Source of the DNA: Carcharhinus longimanus
Taxonomy: Eukaryota
DNA: 64,000 nt
Assembly (NCBI GenBank): GCA_030264375.1
Contig: JASCQW010000119.1
Span: 8,482,137 to 8,546,136 of the forward strand
Direction: 5' to 3'
The notes below the pieces were generated by a model. The model was not told where the DNA came from. It worked only from the letters and a program-made list of their open reading frames with translations, and searched no databases. Position numbers and translations under genes: made by a program. Below are positions 40,171 to 52,525 of the stretch, piece by piece (position 1 is the first letter of the stretch; the number at the start of each line of letters is the position of its first letter).

Positions 40171-41305
40171 GTAAGTCTGGTCCGAATCATATGTATGTTA
40201 AATCCAACTTTCAGTCTCTGCTCGCGGTCATTTAACATTTCAATGTTTGAAAAATTGCACTGTGAAATGTATGCTCTCCTCCCCGCACAATATTGTATTG
40301 TTTGTTTTCGCTGCCTGAAAGGCACATGTGCGTTTCAATGTTGAAAAAAAAAAATGTTTTTCAAATCACGAAACATGACAGTTGCCAAGAATGCACCCAG
40401 TTTCATCGTGTCATCCCGTGTTGGTTTGCTTGAATATCCAGGCTGCGATGGATAAGATCCTATGAAATGGAAAACAAAATGCATTGTGCTTTGTCGACTA
40501 AAAAAAATCATGCTCCCTGACAGTTTCTCGGAAGTCCATAAGACTATTATTAGCCGATTCGAATATTACTGGAAGAACACTTCTGACCCACTGACCTTAT
40601 TCAAGGTTAATGCTGCAAAATGAAGAAGAAACTTGAGTAAGCAACACAGTCCCATAATTAAAATAGATCACATAATGTAATTATTGTATTCATTTTTTTA
40701 AGTAAAGGCAGCTCGAAAACAAAAAGAAGACAATCGTCATACAATGTGATCCTGAATTTGAATTTAAATAAATAAATAAACAGACAAACAAACAAAAAAA
40801 GAACTAACAAACAGTGCACAAATGAGATTTGCATCCTCTATCATAGACTTGAGCATCCCCGCTCCACTCAAAGAATGTGGCTTCAATTCCAGCTCAAATA
40901 CAAGAGCAATAGATTGCAAATGCCTGAAATCGAAAGGCAAACAATCACCTACAGATTGCAAGCTTCTCAAGCATATGTGAAGTTTACTTTGAGTGTTCAA
41001 TGCTGAGATAAGTTACTTGACCAATAACGTTAACGTCACTCTTCAATCATTGTCAAAGTGTTGTATATTTGCAATATTCTCAGTTGTCTTTGATTTAAAT
41101 AAATGAATTCGATAATGTTTTGATAAACTAATCGACAATTGGCGATAACTGCCTCGCACACACTATTGAAAATCGCACTGAATTCTATTCTGCAAATTTG
41201 TCATTACAAACATGGAGAAAATCATGGAAATGAACAATTGGCTTTTAAATCTCAATTTTTGTTCATAATCAAGGCAGAACGATCATGAATGTTCTTTCCC
41301 TTCAG

Positions 41306-41341
41306 ACCTTCAGGACAAGCTTCAGGATGCACGCACGACAG
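41306..41341 (+). CDS. 36-nt phase-1 micro-exon, DLQDKLQDARTT
   Basis: gttctttcccttcag|ACCTTC...ACGACAG|gtatgt. Confidence 0.85.
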
Positions 41342-42353
41342 GTATGTAAAAAAGACTGGTCAACTTCATTCAGGCACATATTGCCAATGCCAAACTACTG
41401 GAAAGGCACAAAAAAAAAGAACATTGAACTAATCGAATAAATTCCAACAGTGAATTAGAAAACTCCAGTATCCTTTTTTTTGTTGCAGTTTGGACAGGAA
41501 GAATCAAAACTTTCAGAGGCCTCGAATTTCATGTTCCAGCCTCAGATCGAGAGTAGCCCTAAATCGCCGCTCTACATAACAATTTTGTACATCTGTATAT
41601 TAACTGCATGGAAATAATTTCGTGTCCATGGCAAGCAGACCACTGTGAGTGATGGAAATGATGATATCGCATTCAACCAAGTATACAAGTTTGTTAGAGT
41701 GAAAAAAAACAAGATACGCAGATGGTGATCGCCTGGTTCCTTTGTTCAATACTAATTTTTACACGTGTGAATTTCACCAAATGTGCTGTGCCCACCTTTA
41801 TTTTGGATTTTTCAATCCTTTGTCAGATGGAAATTGAATCATAACATCTGATAGCTTTTAATTTATTGCTCACATATAATAAACATGCTCATTAACATGA
41901 TATCCAAAAACAAGGAAGCTGATAATTTATGCCTCCTTTACATCTTTTGAATCATCATTTAAATTAAATGAATTTGATGTTGCTTTATTGTCCGCGTCAC
42001 CAAGAGTACTTGATTGGCATAAAGTGCGAGAAGATGAAGGAAGTATTTTCATTGTCATTGCAACATAGAAGACCTGGAGATGTTTTGAAGGATTAAACGA
42101 AAGAATGTGGGCAAAATCCAAGTCTCCAGCGTAAATGAGCCTTTGGGAACCGATCTCTGCTGATCACAAAACTTTGGAAGACAACTCCCAATTTCACTAA
42201 AATAGTCTCCACTGTACCTAAACCGAAAGATTGAACCAAAATATGCATCCAACCACAGAAAGAGGCCCATTGGGCCTATTAGGGGTTTGGCGGATCTCTG
42301 CAATGTGTGCTAAGTTGCCTGTTTCCATTATCTGTTGTTTCTTTTCCAAACAG

Positions 42354-42374
42354 CTTGCAAGTACTCGGGCAAAG
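42354..42374 (+). CDS. 21-nt phase-1 micro-exon, ACKYSGK
   Basis: tgtttcttttccaaacag|CTTGCA...GGCAAAG|gtgagc; 21 nt is the classic butyrophilin heptad-exon size. Confidence 0.8.
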
Positions 42375-42949
42375 GTGAGCGCAGTTTTCACACTGCAGCA
42401 CCGAGTAGATTCTGTAGCCTATGGACATTGCGCAGAAGAATGATAGAACTGTTACATGAGTCCGTTTTGGATATATTTAGGTAGCTGAACAGGCTGTGAT
42501 CAAAATATGTTGCCCACAAAATACTACACCGTCATCTGGCTTCACTGAAATATATTAATCTTCTATAGAAACACTGAAAGAGCAGGCACTTATATTGTGC
42601 AAACGCACAGAATATAACGTGTAACTGTATCCATATCCGATCATTAAATCACCAATGCCGAAATGTTTTCGTTTATTAGGATCAGTCCTATGTCAGCACT
42701 GACACAAACTTATACAAATCAGGTTAAGGCTTAGATATTGCATATAGTAATGTATTCATCACACAAATGGCTTGAATTATAAAAATATTGGGAGTTATAA
42801 AAACACATTTCAATTAATACTAACTTGTCTTCAGAAGAAACACTTTCAAGGATTAAATTTGTGTGCAACATAAATTTGGTTACTGCCTGATGATATTTTT
42901 TGTTGTGTGTGCAAAATCTCACACATTCCATTCGTACTGGAAAATCCTT

Positions 42950-44930
42950 CAAATGCATCGGATCAAAACAATCAAAAAAGAAAGAACACTCCCATGCCCA
43001 ACAGCATCAAACCATCTCTCATATATTTGAATATGAAATATCACACATATCAAAGAGCATAACACATCGTTCTGTTTGCATTAGAATTATAATATCCCTC
43101 GATGAGTTATAAAATAATTTCCATTTTTTTTTTGCTATGAACATTTGTCCATCCCCAAACTTATAAATAGCATGATGTCATTGATCTGTAGAAAACCATC
43201 TCCAATGTCGTTCTCTACATCACAATGAAATAATCTCAAATATTCGCTGGAATGGAAAAGTGATATTGTGGAAATAATGGTATTATGTATGATATCAGAC
43301 CACAACCATGTGACAAAAAATAACATGTTCAGCATTCATAATTATGATAAAATCTTTCTTATGTATTCAGAAACCATTATCCCATTGATCTACGTGGAAA
43401 ATAGAAAAAAAAACACATCTCCCTGATCTATCAATAGGAAATAACCTTCAGTCATCTTAAATCACATATATCAATACGAAAATCACCAGACATTTATTAA
43501 AAAAAATCAAATCACACAGACAGTATAACCATCAATAAAATTAAACACCTTTTTTTACTGAAGATGAAAATTTTGCAAAATTGGAGCGATTATGACATTA
43601 TCTCTAATTTCTACAACTATAAACGTTATCCCTCCATGGCATTCATACCAGAATCATAGATGCTTGTCTTGTCTGTATTGGAACTGTCTGGAAACAAAGA
43701 AGAAACTCAGTACGAAATACTTCTCCCACCTCCACGAAAATGGACACATATTCCATGTCAATAAACTGAAATATCACTCGTATTGATCAGAACGAAAATA
43801 AAATATTATTTTGCATCATTCAATAGTAACACATTGTCCATACCGCTCAATACGGAAAACATTGTCATCTAATTTCAACAGAAATTATGTCATATGACCA
43901 TCAGAAAATCCAAAAAGGACACATTCTAAACAATTAAAAACAAAAAGAAGACCATTAATATTGAAAGTTGCTCCAAAATGTATTGGGATTAACAATGGTC
44001 AATATCTATCCGCACTAAAGTCTGTTCCACATCTATCAATTAGTATTAGCGTAAATTGATTTGACAATTGTGTTCTATGTATTGGCAGGAAAACAAATCG
44101 CTCTACTGGGGGAGAAAAGAATCTTCCAGTAATTCCAAAGGGAACAAAACTCATTCCAAACAAAATTAAAATCAAATACGTTCATCAATCGAGGGTGGTG
44201 GGGCGGGGTGTAGCGAGGTGGGGGGAGGGAGCGGGGGGCTGGTGGTGAACTCCAAAATTCAAGGTAATGATACGATATCACACGAATCTCCCAGTGAGTA
44301 GTAACATTTCTCATTTACAACAACATTACAAACAATATATCTTAATAGAAAATAAGATTGCAAACTTGACGTTTCCATAAACAACAGTGCATTCTCATCT
44401 CGATAAATGTGAAATTTATATATCAGCACGAAAGTATCCTCCGATTACTGTCAACATCAAGAAATCTCACAGCAACATAAACATGGAAAGCCATCTCCCA
44501 GATCAATTTGCAAAAAAAAACACTCCGACTGCGATCCATTGACATTGGAATCTCTCTACCATATCCTTCAGGCCGACAGCATTGCCTTTATCCATCACCC
44601 GAATAACGCATTCAAAATGCAATTATATCCCATGCCATTGACAAGAATGGATTAAGCATATTCATCGATTGAAAAAAAACAATATTTCATGTTAGTGCAA
44701 AGTCGAAGAGCGATTTTGCGAAATGCATCAATATAAAAACGTCCCCTATATCCATCAAGACTGGAACATATCATGTTTCCATCAATTTGATAATACACTT
44801 TAAACACCCATCACAATTAAAATATGTCTCACATACTATTATGCAATTTCCTTCCATATGTTCTAACATAAAATCACGCCAAGTATCAATCCAGTATGGA
44901 AACATTCACCAATCCCTTTATATAAAATTT
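42950..44930 (+). repeat. Degenerate ~27-bp tandem array (approx. CCATCAATATGGAAACATCTCCCATAT)
   Basis: CATCAA at 44726, 44753 and 44780 (27-bp steps); recurrent aaacatctccca and atccatcaat motifs; A/C strand skew. Confidence 0.6.
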
Positions 44931-45683
44931 GCAGAAAAGACTTAAAATTTTCACTGAGATCCCGAAAATAAAGGGAACATCGATTCATTCCGCCGCAAAC
45001 CCTTTTGGGAATGGCTGGTCGTTTCTTTACAGTACATCTGAGAAACCCTTAATGGTACATCGGTAAAAAAAAGTTTTTCCCCAACTCATGTTGCTAAATT
45101 CACATAGCAGTTGGCAATTGTAGGCGTTAATCAGCTGGAAATCCAAAATCAGCATAACACATGTTGCAAATCTGTTAAATGAGTATTTGGCATGGGCCAG
45201 CGTTTAATTGAACAGAGGTACATGACGTTGCGTCAATCGGATGTTTTTTTTTCCGACCCCCCCAATCATGTTTCGGCCCACTTATTACATCACATTGCAC
45301 TATTTGGGAAACGTGTATCTGAATGTAAATAGTGTATTATTCCCACTACAATTATAAGCAATGACACATGGTTCTATTCCAAACTCGTCGTCATGTTCAT
45401 TAGGAAATGAGATAAAATATTCTCGGTTTATTCCAAGTTCTGAAAATTTCAACATCTCCTCTGTATTGGCAGTGGTGTTACTGGACGTTGCCTGGTGGTA
45501 CTCAGCTTGGAATCTAACTGTTCTGCACTTTGTTGAGACGAAGACGTAGATCATTGAAAATAACCGAGTGTTCCACTCTGGCCGTAATTTAAAGTTCATG
45601 CAAATGAGTGTTGAACTTGAAAGAAAATTAAGTTGTCAATATCTGACTGCATTTTCTCCCATGGCCTCAAAAAAAATGTTTAG

Positions 45684-45710
45684 ATTTTAAAGAGGTATCC
45701 CGTCATAAAG
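45684..45710 (+). CDS. 27-nt penultimate exon, DFKEVSRHK
   Basis: atgtttag|ATTTTA...CATAAAG|gtaaga; a 27-nt phase-1 exon before the B30.2 exon is typical of BTN and many TRIM genes. Confidence 0.8.
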
Positions 45711-46526
45711 GTAAGACATAAACTCTCGATATTTTCTTCTGTCCTCAAAAATGTTAAGTTCATTTGACTTTTTTTTTGTTAACAACCCCAACATATCCTC
45801 CTCCCCCCCAACACCCCCCGCTCACACCCGCAAGCCCGCCCATTAAGTTCATCATTTCTGCTCTTCGATATAATTTCTCAGGAAGCATGTCATCGACAAT
45901 GGATGTAGAGGCGTCTCAAATATTTGCAAAACATGTTTGAATGCCAGCTGCCATTGGTAAGACGAATCAATGTTGCAGCTTAGCAGACAATTTAGTTTTT
46001 AACGTGTTTTGCATACAGGATTATAAAAACACAAACATACACAAGGTAAACCTCTACACCAACAAACGTGATTTTCTTCACACTTATAAAATAACAGGAG
46101 TGGTCTGAGACAGTGCTGATCCAACAACTGAAGTTTGAAGTTTTTCTTTCCACAGACAGTGGGGCTATGTGAATAATAAGAACCTTATTACATATTATTA
46201 CAAATTATTTTGAATTCATGATTTTTTTTTTGTTTTTCTACAGTCCAACAAGTTGCATGATGCATCATGACATTGTACATGATAGCTATTGGGATACTTT
46301 TCGTTATTTGCTTCTTCAAATGATTTACTGATTAATTATATGTATTTTGTAATGTAGTAGTTTGTCGGGAAAAGCAACACGAACATCATAGACATGAACA
46401 GATATGGTGTGTTTTTTAGATGGAAAAAGGTCAACGATCAACAGAGATTGTCATGCCACGACTTGTGTTTTGAGTTCTATTTTACTTCATGCGTGTCAGT
46501 GATTTTTTTTTTCGTTTGTTTTCCAG

Positions 46527-47047
46527 TTCCATTAGTGCTGAATACCCGAAGTGCTGATCCAAGATTCGTCTTAGGAAAGGAAAAAAACAGCATCACCTGG
46601 AATGGTCCTATTATAGCGAGCCCAGATGTCACCCCAAAGAAGGAGGAGAGTTGGACACGATGGCTCGACGAAGGAATTCCACCTGGAAAGAACTACTGGG
46701 AAGTTGAGGTCAGCCCAGGGACAGTCTGGACCGTTGGAGTCTCACAGCGCATCCGGCCCATGGGTCGATTCACTAGACCCTTTGCCAAGGACGGTTACTG
46801 GACCATGATGATGTGGAATGGCAAAGGCAGCCATGATAAATTAAGGTCATTTGGTGTGTCCATCATGTTGATCAAACTAGATAAGCTGGGGGTTTATGTG
46901 GACAGCGATGAAGGTCAGGTGTCGTTCTACAACCCTCACAACGGTGCCCATGTGCACACTTTCAAAGCTGAGATGACAGGTAAAGTTTACCCTGTCTTCA
47001 AGCTTTGGGCGCTCACCCGCCCTTCTGGCACAATGACCATAGTTTAG
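46527..47047 (+). CDS. Terminal exon encoding a B30.2/PRY-SPRY domain (butyrophilin-like or TRIM-like protein)
   Basis: Strong acceptor tttgttttccag|TTCCA; motifs GKNYWEVEV, WTVGV, GYWT, KLGVYVDSDEGQVSFYN, HVHTF, KVYPVF; intact to TAG. Confidence 0.95.
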
Positions 47048-47235
47048 ATGATAAAAAGTGCATATATGAAGCAGACAATCCTCCAGTGACCCGAGGAAAT
47101 ATTTGTTCCTCGACTGCATTATCGTTGAAGTGGTAATAGATAACCACTTTACTAGATCAGCGCTCTGCGCAAATTGGTTCAAATTTGATCCCCGATATCG
47201 TGCAATTTTAAATGTGTCAATCGGTCATTGTAATC

Positions 47236-47272
47236 AATAAAGTCTGGTTTATCGTTGCCCATCCTAATTAAA
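47236..47272 (+). promoter_or_regulatory. Polyadenylation signals AATAAA (47236-47241) and ATTAAA (47267-47272)
   Basis: About 190 nt after the stop; followed by GT/T-rich sequence near 47285-47310. Confidence 0.7.
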
Positions 47273-49297
47273 GTCTCACAGCTCTCTTATTGTGGTTATG
47301 AATGTCTTGTAACTTTACAATGTCTCTATGTGTTGCTTTAAGTACGGAGAGCGCGGGTATCTCCGTTGATCAGCATTACTCTCAGTATTCTAAAACAGTA
47401 TAATAATGCTCATTCATCACATTTCTTGCAGCCGTTCCAGTACAGACTAACTATGTTAACAAAAAACATCTACACAGCAGTGCTCTGCTGCTGAAGTCTA
47501 AAATTGCAGAAATAAACCACAGATTTTCTTCCAGTGTATAAATGTTAGCAATAAATGTCGGTTTTACACTGTGTCACTTCGAAGGAAATCATCTTAAAGG
47601 CGTCCGATAGCAATGTTTTTTTCACGTTAACCAGTTTTTGATCGTACAAATCATGTTAGTAATCAGCGTCCTCGAGTTAATTGTCGTTTTAACATTAACC
47701 AAATGGAAATAAATGTTTCAAACTGTTTATTAAACGAAGCGTTTGTTTTCAAATCCCCTCTGGTAAAGAGTCGGCTCAAAAGTTGTCCTGTGGCAAAGTG
47801 AAAATTTCAGTCATATCCAAATTAAATTGTCATTAACGCGATATAGAAAAGGATGTCCTCTAACTATAGTACAATCACTTGCTACAGTACTCCACAGGAA
47901 ACATTCACTTAATCGTGACCCAAGTGCAAAGACTTTTGTTTAATCCATGCCCCAGACTGAAATGTGTCTGTTTAGAATACTGTCCATTGAACAAACATCG
48001 AGAAAAAAAACATAACATAACATGCAATGTCCTAAAGTAAACAGAACACGTTTAGGAAGTCCACCACAATGCAGGAGAGTAAATGCATTAATTAAAATAC
48101 GTTCCACAGAAAACATGCCAAACGACAGTGCCCCAACAGAAGAAAAATGCCATGTAGAGAGGCGCAATGTAAAGTGAGAATTTTCCAACGTACCAGATAA
48201 AAACAGAGAGACATTCTACAGCAAAGAACAAGCGTTCACTTGTGCCGTCCTGACAGCAAAAAAAAAGTAAATAATAAGTTACAGTAAATGTTCGATCGAA
48301 ATTTTCCTTAATGCAGGTTTGTTGGTCAGCATTTTAGAATAAGAAACCTCGTCGGTAAACAGTTTTTTTAAGAAAATTACTTGTGGTGAAGATTTACTTA
48401 AATAACGCCCTATTGGAGAAAGTTTTTAACAAGTATCCTACAATGTGAGTTGTCTAGCGAAAACGTGTGCTGCAGTAAACAGCAGATTTAAACGTTGCCC
48501 TAAGATAAACAAGCATTTTAAATTTTGCTCCAGAGTAAAAATGTTATTGTAATGTTGGTGTCTGCTACTACACAACGGCAATTTCCTGTGTGCAGTCACC
48601 TGAAGTTGTCGCACAGGATTACACGTTTTCTTAAACTTCTCCGCACAGGAAACAGCTTGTGTGGACGGAATACTAAAACAAATCACTGTGAAACGGTGTG
48701 CAAACAAAATGGTAAGGTTAAATGGTGTCCTAAAGTAAACAACCCTTTCAAAATAAAAGCGTCCATATGCAAAAACAAACAATTTGCCGTGCTCCATAAA
48801 AGAAAGATTGCCGTTGTTCCCGCGAGCAGGCTTAGCGTCAACGGAAAAAAAAACGCCTTTTTAATGTATATTAATATAGATAATTTGCACGTAATCTGAC
48901 AGTAAAGATACTGTTAAAACAATGTCCTTGTACAACACCAATTTAAGCAATGCCATTCATTTATTCGGGTCCTGCAGCAAACGGTCAATTATACAGTGCT
49001 CAACAGCAATCAGGCGTTTAATCAGCGCCTCGTGTGTCCATTCATTTAAGGAGGGCGGCACTGCCTTCAGTGGACTGCAATTCCAAACATCGTGATCGAA
49101 AGGTGGGGCGGGGGGGGGGGAGATATGAAACAGCCAATCCCTAAAGTAAAGTGTTATTTACTAGCTCACGAAATGAAAATATATACATATAATTATATGG
49201 TAATAGTGACCCAAGGAAACAATCGATTAAACACTGTTCAACAACATTGTATTGACGATTTATGTACATTCAGCAAAGAGCAAAGGAAATAAATAAC

Positions 49298-51175
49298 AGT
49301 ACATCACAAGAACAGGCACTTCAGTCCTCTGAATTCGTGCCGATCAGTTTGTCCTATCTAGACAAACGCCGATGTCCCTCTATTAGCCATGTCATCATGT
49401 GTCCAGATAAGGCTTAAATGTGGCTAATGTGTCTGCCTCAACCATCTCACTTGGCAGTGCTTTCCGGACTCCCACCCATCGTCGGTGTCACAAAACGTAC
49501 CCCGCAAATATGCACTGAGCTTTTCCCTCTTTTTAGGTGGTGCAATCATAGAGGTTTACAGCATGCAAACAGTTCCTTCGGCCCACCCAGCCCATGCCAC
49601 ATTTAGACAAATTTGAGGTGATGCATTTTGGCAGGTTGAATAAAAGCAGGATTTATTCAGTTAATGGTGGGGTATGGGGAGAGTAACAGAACAGAGATCT
49701 CGGTGTACTTTGTCATAGCTCCTTGAAAGTGGAGTCACAGGCGAATGGAATGGTGAAAAAGGCATTCTGTTTTAGGTTTCATGGGTCAGAACTTTTTTTA
49801 AGCCCTAAACTAATTCCCATTGCCAACATTTGGCCCATATCACTCGCTAAAGTCATCGTCCCCATCTGACTATGAAAATCTATTTCAAAAGACAAATTTG
49901 TACCCGCCTCTATTACGACGTCTGGTCGCTTGTTCCTGCCAATCATCACCTTCTGTGCAAAAAAAAAACAGCCTCTCTGGACACTTTTGTATCTCTCCCT
50001 TCTCACCTTAAACCTACGACCTCTACTTTTAGAATCCCCTACCTTTGGAAAAATGTTCTTACTATCTAGCTGATCTGTGGCCCACATTATTTTATAAACC
50101 TCTATAAGGTCACCCCTCAGCCTCTTACGCCCCAGTGAAAAATCCCCAGTTGGGCTTGCCTCTCTTTATAATTCAGTCATCAAGTCCCGGTCGCACCCGA
50201 GTAAATCTTTCCTGCACCCTTTCTATGCTAATAATATAATTTCTATAATAGGTAGACCAGAATTGCAGACAATTTTCCAAGTTCGACCTTACCAAATTCT
50301 TGTGCAACTTCAACAAGATATTACAAGTCCTGCATTCAATGTTCTGACCGATGAAAACAATCAAAGAATGTTTTCTTCCCCACTCTATCCATATGTGACT
50401 CCANNNNNNNNNNNNNNNNNNNNNNNNNNNNNNNNNNNNNNNNNNNNNNNNNNNNNNNNNNNNNNNNNNNNNNNNNNNNNNNNNNNNNNNNNNNNNNNNN
50501 NNNTTCAACAAGATATTACAAGTCCTGCATTCAATGTTCTGACCGATGAAACCAATCAAAGAATGTTTTCTTCCCCACTCTATCCATCTGTGACTCCACT
50601 TTCAAGAAGCTATGAACATGTGCCGCTAGATCCCTTCTGTAACTCTCCCCAAAGCCCTGCCATTAACTGAGTAAATACTGCCTTTGTTCAATTTACCAAA
50701 ATGCATCACCTCGCCTGTCTAAGTGTAATTTCATCTGTTACTCGTCAGCCCGCTTGTCCAATTGCTCAACATCCCGTTGCAACTGCAGATAATTTTCTTC
50801 ACTATCCGCTTTGCCACCAATCTTAGTGTAATCTGCAAACTTGCGAAAGATGCCTCCTATATTTTCATCCATGTTCTTAATATAAATGGCAAATGTGATA
50901 TAAATGACAAACAGTGCGCCCAACACTGATCCCTGAGGCACACCGCTTGCCGTAGGCCTCCAGTTTGAAAATAAAATCTCAACAAACACTCTCTGGCTTC
51001 TGGCAAAAAGCCGATTTTGTATCCATTTAGATATCTCACCATGGATCCTATGAGATGTAACCTTATGCTGCCACCTACCATGTGGTACTTTGTCAAAGGC
51101 GTAAGTCCATACAGACCACATCAAGTTCACTGCCCTCATCTAACTTCCTGGTTACCCTTTCAAAAAACTCAATCA
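49298..51175 (-). mobile_element. CR1 cluster: two minus-strand tails, a short plus fragment (about 49603-49770) and a minus-strand RT region
   Basis: AFDKVPHGR, SGVPQGSVLG, KFADYTKIGG, LVRSNLENCLQFWS. Confidence 0.9.
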
Positions 51176-51460
51176 AACAGAGGCTGTGTATAATCCCACG
51201 TAAAAACGAGGCGACACTTCAACAGCGTGCTAACGCCCGAAGTCATATCATCAGTGTCCTTCTCCAAACTGTGATTGAAGCATTTCCCTTCTGCGAAAAG
51301 TTAAACTGTGCAGATGACAAACATTAATTTCAATGATGCCTTAAGGTTAACTTCCAGATAAACCTGCACGGAACAACAAATTAAACAGTGTCAGATGGCA
51401 GAGCTCACTTAAAACCATAACTTTCACTACGCAGTCATTTTAACGGTGCGCTGCATGGAA

Positions 51461-51483
51461 ATAATAATAGTAATAATAATAAT

Positions 51484-51531
<48 letters not shown>

Positions 51532-51535
51532 AATA
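51461..51535. repeat. (AAT)n(CAT)n microsatellite
   Basis: Direct reading. Confidence 0.95.
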
Positions 51536-52166
51536 TTGATAAATAATTTAGAAGTGCCCTACCGTAGACAATATGCATGTATTAAAAAATTCATGCATCT
51601 CACTGTGCAATAGAATCATCAGTGCATTAAATTGTATGCTACAGTGAACAGTCATTTAACCCATTGCGTACTGTCAACAATCATTGAATGAGATCGTCTT
51701 TAAAACATGACGTGTGATGTTCATTTGATTTATTGTTGTCACAAATATTAGCACACAGTGAAAAGTAATGTTTCTTGCTTGATATTCAGTCTAAGCATCC
51801 TGTTCATAGAGAAGAAACGAAAGTCCAGAGTGCAGTATTACAGACATATGCATCCTCCGGTGTTAAAATCGTAATGTAAACAGGACCAACCATGAGCACT
51901 GATTTAAGCATTTTTCTGAATTGGAATGGAAATGCAATGAGTGTTCGACAGTACACATTCATTTACACGCTGGCCGACAATAAGCAGCAGCCACTGAAAC
52001 AGTGTTGTATATTTTTGCAAATCTCAAAGTAACAGAGTAAATAGTCATTTAAAAGTACACTACAGAGAAGACCCACCTTTCATAAACAAATCAAATAAGC
52101 AAACACCAAAATGAACTATCATCAAAGATCAAACAAACTGTCATTTTATCAATGACCTTAAATGAA

Positions 52167-52399
52167 GGGCTGCAGGGTGGCACAGTAGTTAGTTCTGCTT
52201 CTTCGTAGCATCAGAATCTCCGGCTCAATTCCGGCCTTGGGTGACCGTCTGGTGGAGTTCGCAATGTTCCTCGTGTCTGCATGGGCTTTGTCCGGGTGCT
52301 CCAGAGGGCAAAGTGCTGGTTGTATTAGCCATGCTGAATAGGAGTTCTGTGCCAGAGGTGATAGCAAAATAAATGCGTTCGGTTACAGGAATAGAAAGG

Positions 52400-52451
<52 letters not shown>

Positions 52452-52525
52452 TATTATTATTAGCATTATTGTTACTTGATGGACCGACTTATCTCTCCCA
52501 GCACGGTAGCATTTTTATGATTCGA
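52167..52525 (+). mobile_element. tRNA-headed SINE containing an (ATT)n expansion at about 52400-52462
   Basis: gggtggcacagtagttag...ggctcaattccggccttgggtgaccgtctggtggagtt. Confidence 0.8.

Noticed and set aside
46394-46526. N-terminal part of the 217-aa ORF (MNRYGVFF...VIFFFVCF) as a signal or TM segment of a single-exon gene
   Set aside because: The hydrophobic stretch is the translated polypyrimidine tract of the acceptor at 46526; B30.2 similarity starts at the splice site.
50304-50600. About 100-nt direct duplication either side of a 100-N gap
   Set aside because: Typical unmerged contig overlap; most likely an assembly artefact.
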